From Candidatus Eiseniibacteriota bacterium (lineage in GTDB: Bacteria > Eisenbacteria > RBG-16-71-46 > JACRLI01), in the NCBI GenBank assembly GCA_025351485.1, contig JANXVU010000073.1, positions 9,216-73,215 on the forward strand: DNA of 64,000 nt. The letters run 5' to 3'. Below the pieces are notes generated by a model, which ran no database searches, had not been told where the DNA came from, and worked only from the letters and a program-made list of their open reading frames with translations. A program made the position numbers and the translations under genes. Positions 60,082-64,000 of the stretch are shown piece after piece; position 1 is the first letter of the stretch; the number at the start of each line of letters is the position of its first letter.

Positions 60082-61973
60082 AGCGCCGGCTCGCCACGCT
60101 GCTCCTCGCGTTCCTCACGCTGTCCGGCTGCGCCTACTACAACACCTTCTACATGGCCCGCAAGGCGTGGGACCAGGCCATGACCGAGCGCAGGAGGAAC
60201 GCCACCGACCTGCCATCGGCCACCGAGCTGCAGGCCTACGACAGTTGCATCCGAGCCTGCAACGGGCTGCTGGTGCGCTATCCGCAGAGCAAGTACGTGG
60301 ACGACGCGATGCTCCTGATCGGCCGGTCACGCCTCGGCCGGGGCGAATACGAGCAGGCCATCGACCAGTTCCAGTCCATGATCGACAGCCTGCCGAACAG
60401 CGAGCTGGTTTCCAACGCCCTGCTGGGCAAGGGCCAGGCGCTCTCCAAACTGAGACGACTTGCCGAGGCGGAGAGCACCATGGTATCGGTGCTCAACGGC
60501 CATCCCGAACTGCGCGAGCGGGACGAACTCCTGCTCAGCCTGGGAGACCTCAAGCGAACCCAGAAGCGCAGCCGCGAAGCGCTCGACTACTACGCCCAGC
60601 TGCTGCGCGAATTTCCCAAGAGCGACAGCCGCTATCTGGCGCTCACCCGCCGCGGCGACACGTATTTCCAGCTGGAAGAATGGGACAGCTCGCGCATCGA
60701 GTTCGAGCGGGTGATCGAAGAGGCCCCTCACCAGGCGGACCGGATCGCGGCCCAGCTCCGGGTGGGAGAGAGCTACGAAGGCGCCCGCCAGTACGACCAG
60801 GCCATCACCTACTACCGCCTGGTGGAGCCCGAGGCCCGCAAGCAGAACCGGGACCCCGAGGTGCAGCTCAAGATCGCCGGGGTGGAACTGCAGCGCGGAA
60901 ACCTGGACAAGGCCGCCGAAATGTACACGCGCCTGCTGGAGGCCAACAAGAACAACAAGTACGGGGGCGCGGCGGCCTTCCAGCTGGGCTACATCGAGGA
61001 GAACTACAAGGACGACTTCGACAAGGCCCGCACGTTCTACGACCAGGTGAAGACTCTGCCGCGTTCGGACTTCTACGACCAGGCGGCGGAGCGGACGGCC
61101 GGGCTCACCCAGGCGGCCGATTACCGGAAGAAGCTCCTGGAGTCGCACAGCCACTTCGACCAGCAGGCCGAGAATGCCTACTCGCTCGGGGAGCTCTATT
61201 ACTTCCAGATCAAGAAGCCGGAACGCGCGGCGGCCCAGTTCCAGCTGGTGGAACGGACCTACAGCTATACGCGCTTCGGCCCCAAGGCGGCCTACGCCAC
61301 CGGTTGGACGCTGGATCGCATGAGGCGCGCCACCGCCGCCGACTCGGCCTACGCGCGCGCCGCGGTCCGCTATCCCGCCACTCCGTTCGGCGCGGCCGCG
61401 CATGACTCGGTGGTGTCGCGGTTTGGCGTCCTCGCGGATTCGATCCTCAAGATCGCCTTCAGGGACACCACCAACACGCTGCTACCCAAGCCGCCCGAGG
61501 CGATACAGGACTCCATCCAACAGGCCTCCTACGCGGACTCGGTGCGCAAGGTGGCGGTGGCCGACTCGCTCCGGAAGATCGTGGTGGCCGATTCGCTCCA
61601 AAAGGTGGCGGAGATCCAGAAGATTCAGCGCGCCCGCTCCGACAGCCTGCGCGTCATCGCCGCGGCCGACACTTCGCGCCGCGCTCCGGCGCGGCCCGAT
61701 TCCGCGGGCGGGGCCGGCCGGGGGCCTTCCCCGATGCCCGGCGGCGGAATCCGCCGGATGCCGGTGGACACCCTGCACGCCATTCCGGAGCCGCCACCTC
61801 CGAGTTCGCCCGCCACGCTTCCGCCCGGAGCTCCACCCGGAAGGCCCGGACAAGCCCTGGAGCCCGTCGTGCCGGGCGGGGGAGCGCCCGTGGATTCCTC
61901 CGAGCTTCCGCCACCGGCGCCCGTGCCCGTTCCGCCGGACTCGACCGGCTCCAAGCGGGACCCCGGGTACTGA
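60078..61973 (+). CDS. TPR-repeat lipoprotein (BamD/YbgF-like) with Pro-rich C-terminal tail, embedded in the pyr operon
   Basis: GTG 60078 overlaps the carB TGA as GTGA. Lipoprotein signal [18 protein letters not shown]. Multiple TPR-like helices. C-terminus [29 protein letters not shown]. The first 840 codons of the 57558 ORF are an out-of-frame overlap with carB. Confidence 0.65.
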   Translation: MKRRLATLLLAFLTLSGCAYYNTFYMARKAWDQAMTERRRNATDLPSATELQAYDSCIRACNGLLVRYPQSKYVDDAMLLIGRSRLGRGEYEQAIDQFQSMIDSLPNSELVSNALLGKGQALSKLRRLAEAESTMVSVLNGHPELRERDELLLSLGDLKRTQKRSREALDYYAQLLREFPKSDSRYLALTRRGDTYFQLEEWDSSRIEFERVIEEAPHQADRIAAQLRVGESYEGARQYDQAITYYRLVEPEARKQNRDPEVQLKIAGVELQRGNLDKAAEMYTRLLEANKNNKYGGAAAFQLGYIEENYKDDFDKARTFYDQVKTLPRSDFYDQAAERTAGLTQAADYRKKLLESHSHFDQQAENAYSLGELYYFQIKKPERAAAQFQLVERTYSYTRFGPKAAYATGWTLDRMRRATAADSAYARAAVRYPATPFGAAAHDSVVSRFGVLADSILKIAFRDTTNTLLPKPPEAIQDSIQQASYADSVRKVAVADSLRKIVVADSLQKVAEIQKIQRARSDSLRVIAAADTSRRAPARPDSAGGAGRGPSPMPGGGIRRMPVDTLHAIPEPPPPSSPATLPPGAPPGRPGQALEPVVPGGGAPVDSSELPPPAPVPVPPDSTGSKRDPGY

Positions 61974-61974
61974 C

Positions 61975-62787
61975 ATGGCCTGGACCCGCTTTCAGGTGCG
62001 CCTCCTCGGCCTGACGCCCGCGGCCGAGGGGCAGTACGTGGCCGAGTTCCGGCTGCAGGGCCCCGCTCCGGACGCATCCCCGGGGCAGTTCGTGCAACTG
62101 TCGCTTCCCGGCGTCTTCTGGCCGCGCCCGTTCAGCCTGCTGGACTGGGAGGTGCGGGATGGCGCGGCGCACTTCCGGATCCTCTTCGCGGTGGTGGGCG
62201 AGGGCACCCGCGCGCTGCGGTCCATGTCCGCGGGCGATCTGGTGGAAGGCCACGGCCCGCTGGGCCTCGGCTATCCCGCGATCGAAGGACCCACCTGGAT
62301 GATCGCCGGCGGATACGGCGTAGCCCCGCTGCTGTTCGCGTTGCGCGCCTCCGCGCCGGGCGCGCAGCAGAGCGCCCGCATTTTCTATGGAGCCGCGCGT
62401 GCCGATCTGCTGTGGCGCTCGCCCGAGCTGGACCGCTTCGCCGCCACGCTCACCACCATGGACGGCAGCGCCGGACGGCGCGGAACGGTGCTGGACGCGG
62501 TGCGCGCCGAGCTCGATGCCGGCGGGGCCCGTCCAGTCCTGTACGCCTGCGGCCCGATGGGGCTCCTGGAAGCGGTGCATCACCTGGCGGTGGAGCGCGG
62601 CCTGCGGGCCATGGTCTCCATCGAGACGCCGATGCCGTGCGGCATGGGCGTGTGCCGCGGGTGCGCCGTGCCGCTCGCCGCCGCCGAAGCCACGGACGAG
62701 AAGCGCTATGTGATGGCCTGCGAGGACGGCCCGGTGATGGATTCCGCGCGGGTGGACTGGGAGCAGGAGCGGGCATGCCGGATCTAG
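61975..62787 (+). CDS. pyrK: dihydroorotate dehydrogenase electron-transfer subunit PyrK
   Basis: ATG 1 nt after the upstream TGA. FAD/NAD-binding ferredoxin-reductase fold plus C-terminal Cys cluster CGMGVCRGCAV. Confidence 0.8.
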   Translation: MAWTRFQVRLLGLTPAAEGQYVAEFRLQGPAPDASPGQFVQLSLPGVFWPRPFSLLDWEVRDGAAHFRILFAVVGEGTRALRSMSAGDLVEGHGPLGLGYPAIEGPTWMIAGGYGVAPLLFALRASAPGAQQSARIFYGAARADLLWRSPELDRFAATLTTMDGSAGRRGTVLDAVRAELDAGGARPVLYACGPMGLLEAVHHLAVERGLRAMVSIETPMPCGMGVCRGCAVPLAAAEATDEKRYVMACEDGPVMDSARVDWEQERACRI

Positions 62788-63731
62788 CCCCGCTCTCGAT
62801 TTCGCTGGGACCCTTCCGGCTGCGCACCCCGGTGTTGCTGGCCTCCGGCTGCTGCGGCTACGGCCCGGAGCTGGCCGGCTGCCTGCCGATGGAGGAGATC
62901 GGGGGCTTCGTCACCAAGACCGTCACCCTGAGGCCCCGCCCCGGTAATCCTCCGCCGCGCGTGCGCGAGACGGCCGGCGGCATGCTCAACTCCATCGGCC
63001 TGGAAAACGTGGGCCTGGAACGCTTCCTTTCGGAAAAGCTCCCCCAGATCCGCCGGCTTCCGCCGTTTCGCGTGGTGAGCCTGGGCGGCTACCAGGCTTC
63101 CGACTACGCGGAGCAGGCCGGGCGGCTGGACGGCCAGGACGGGTTCGAGGCCTTGGAACTGAATCTCTCGTGCCCCAACGTGGCCCAGGGCGGGCTCGAC
63201 CTGGGAACAGACCCCGCCCGGGTGCGCGAGGCGGTGCGCGCGGTGCGGGAGCGCACCGGCAAGTTCCTGATCGCCAAACTCACCCCCAACACCCAGGACG
63301 TGGTGGCGCTGGGTCGGGCGGCCGAAGAGGGCGGCGCGGATGCGGTATCCGCGATCAACACCCTGGTCGGGACCGGCGTGGACTGGCACACCCGCACGGC
63401 CATGCCTTCGCCCGGAAGCGGCGGCCTGTCGGGCCCGGCCATCCGGCCGGTGGCGCTGGCGATGGTGTGGAAGCTCTCCCGGGCGCTCCAGGTGCCGGTG
63501 ATCGGGATCGGCGGGATCATGGATGCGCGCGACGTGCTCGAGTTCGTGCTGGCCGGCGCCAGCGCGGTGCAGGTGGGAACGGCGTTGTTCCTGGATCCGT
63601 CCGGCGCGCGGGTGCGCGCGGCCGCGCTCCGGGGGGAGATGGATATCCTGCGCGTGGGGAGTTGCGAAAGCCTCCGGGGCAACCTGGAAAAGCGCTCCAC
63701 CCACGCTCCACCCAGGGAGGCCCTGAGATGA
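62775..63731 (+). CDS. pyrD: dihydroorotate dehydrogenase catalytic subunit PyrD (class 1B)
   Basis: ..LASGCCGYGPE.., ..TKTVTL..GNP.PR..E..GGMLNSIGLEN.., ..NLSCPNV.. active-site Cys. Confidence 0.85.
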   Translation: MPDLAPLSISLGPFRLRTPVLLASGCCGYGPELAGCLPMEEIGGFVTKTVTLRPRPGNPPPRVRETAGGMLNSIGLENVGLERFLSEKLPQIRRLPPFRVVSLGGYQASDYAEQAGRLDGQDGFEALELNLSCPNVAQGGLDLGTDPARVREAVRAVRERTGKFLIAKLTPNTQDVVALGRAAEEGGADAVSAINTLVGTGVDWHTRTAMPSPGSGGLSGPAIRPVALAMVWKLSRALQVPVIGIGGIMDARDVLEFVLAGASAVQVGTALFLDPSGARVRAAALRGEMDILRVGSCESLRGNLEKRSTHAPPREALR

Positions 63732-64000
63732 GCGGACTTCGTGCCCGCACGCCCGGCGGCGTGCGGGTTTTTTTGGCGTTGGATTTCGAGAATTTACGCG
63801 AGGCCCGCGCGGAGTTGCGCAGGCTGGGCGGCGCCCGCTGCGGCGTGAAGGTGGGGCTGGAGCTGTTCACCGCAGCGGGGCCCGCGGCGGTGAAGGGATT
63901 TCGCAAGGACGGTTGGCGGGTGTTCCTGGACCTGAAGCTGCACGACATCCCACGCACCATTGAGCGCGCGGCCGCGGCGGCCGCGGCGCTGGGGGCGGAC
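63728..64000 (+). CDS. pyrF: orotidine-5'-phosphate decarboxylase PyrF (5' fragment; runs off window)
   Basis: ATGA overlap with pyrD. ..VFLALDF......GVKVGLELF..AG.. and DLKLHDIP (catalytic Lys region). Absent from the ORF track because there is no stop in the window. Confidence 0.7.
   Translation, partial: MSGLRARTPGGVRVFLALDFENLREARAELRRLGGARCGVKVGLELFTAAGPAAVKGFRKDGWRVFLDLKLHDIPRTIERAAAAAAALGAD

Overview
This is a high-GC window (about 70% by eye) of bacterial chromosome. Almost every long ORF has an equally long spurious ORF in another frame or on the opposite strand, so genes were called from protein-like sequence, signal peptides, RBS and the 4-nt start/stop overlaps (ATGA/GTGA/TTGA) that recur throughout the window. 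Several secreted proteins end in a type-IX-secretion (T9SS) C-terminal sorting domain, so the organism probably belongs to the FCB superphylum or a Gemmatimonadota/Eisenbacteria-like lineage; this is inference only.

Gene content, start to end:
- 1-5.8 kb: a secreted HExxH metalloprotease with FG-GAP-type repeats (running off the window edge), a small coupled partner, a secreted helical protein plus an outer-membrane beta-barrel, and a stand-alone phoU.
- 6.0-7.4 kb: a HAF-repeat T9SS cargo protein.
- 7.4-10.5 kb: a lower-GC island carrying five small detox/stress genes (PhnB-like VOC, DUF1801, ICMT-like methyltransferase, glyoxalase, SnoaL-like).
- 10.5-15.6 kb: a Pho-box-like direct repeat followed by a porin-pstSCAB phosphate-uptake operon.
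- 15.6-16.7 kb: a second low-GC patch with a nonsense-interrupted secreted-protein gene and a DUF1801 protein carrying a histone-H1-like tail.
- 16.8-23.2 kb: a CusCBA/CzcCBA-type RND metal-efflux operon led by a small Cys/His/Met-rich secreted protein.
- 23.4-25.0 kb: a degenerate 5'-nucleotidase-like gene split by an in-frame TGA, translationally coupled to a GNAT acetyltransferase.
- 25.1-31.2 kb: a six-gene minus-strand phosphate module, sixA-like, two tandem thymidylate-kinase-family paralogs (the second with a Walker-A Lys-to-Arg change), ppx, phoB and phoR. This is the most interesting candidate for an undescribed system.
- 31.2-37.3 kb: a 650-bp non-coding leader, a T9SS cargo protein, and a TonB-dependent receptor with a coupled partner.
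- 37.5-47.6 kb: an EF-G paralog, then yebC-ruvC-ruvA, a degenerate GGDEF protein, rsgA and a penicillin-acylase-family lipoprotein on the minus strand, then ruvB.
- 47.7-52.5 kb: an acyl-CoA carboxyltransferase, a Met-rich membrane protein, a creatininase-family protein, and a beta-propeller T9SS cargo gene split by an in-frame TAA.
- 52.5-64.0 kb: a complete pyrimidine operon (pyrR leader with two PyrR-binding-loop motifs and an attenuator hairpin, then pyrB-pyrC-carA-carB-[TPR lipoprotein]-pyrK-pyrD-pyrF).

No CRISPR array, rRNA, tRNA or transposase was seen.
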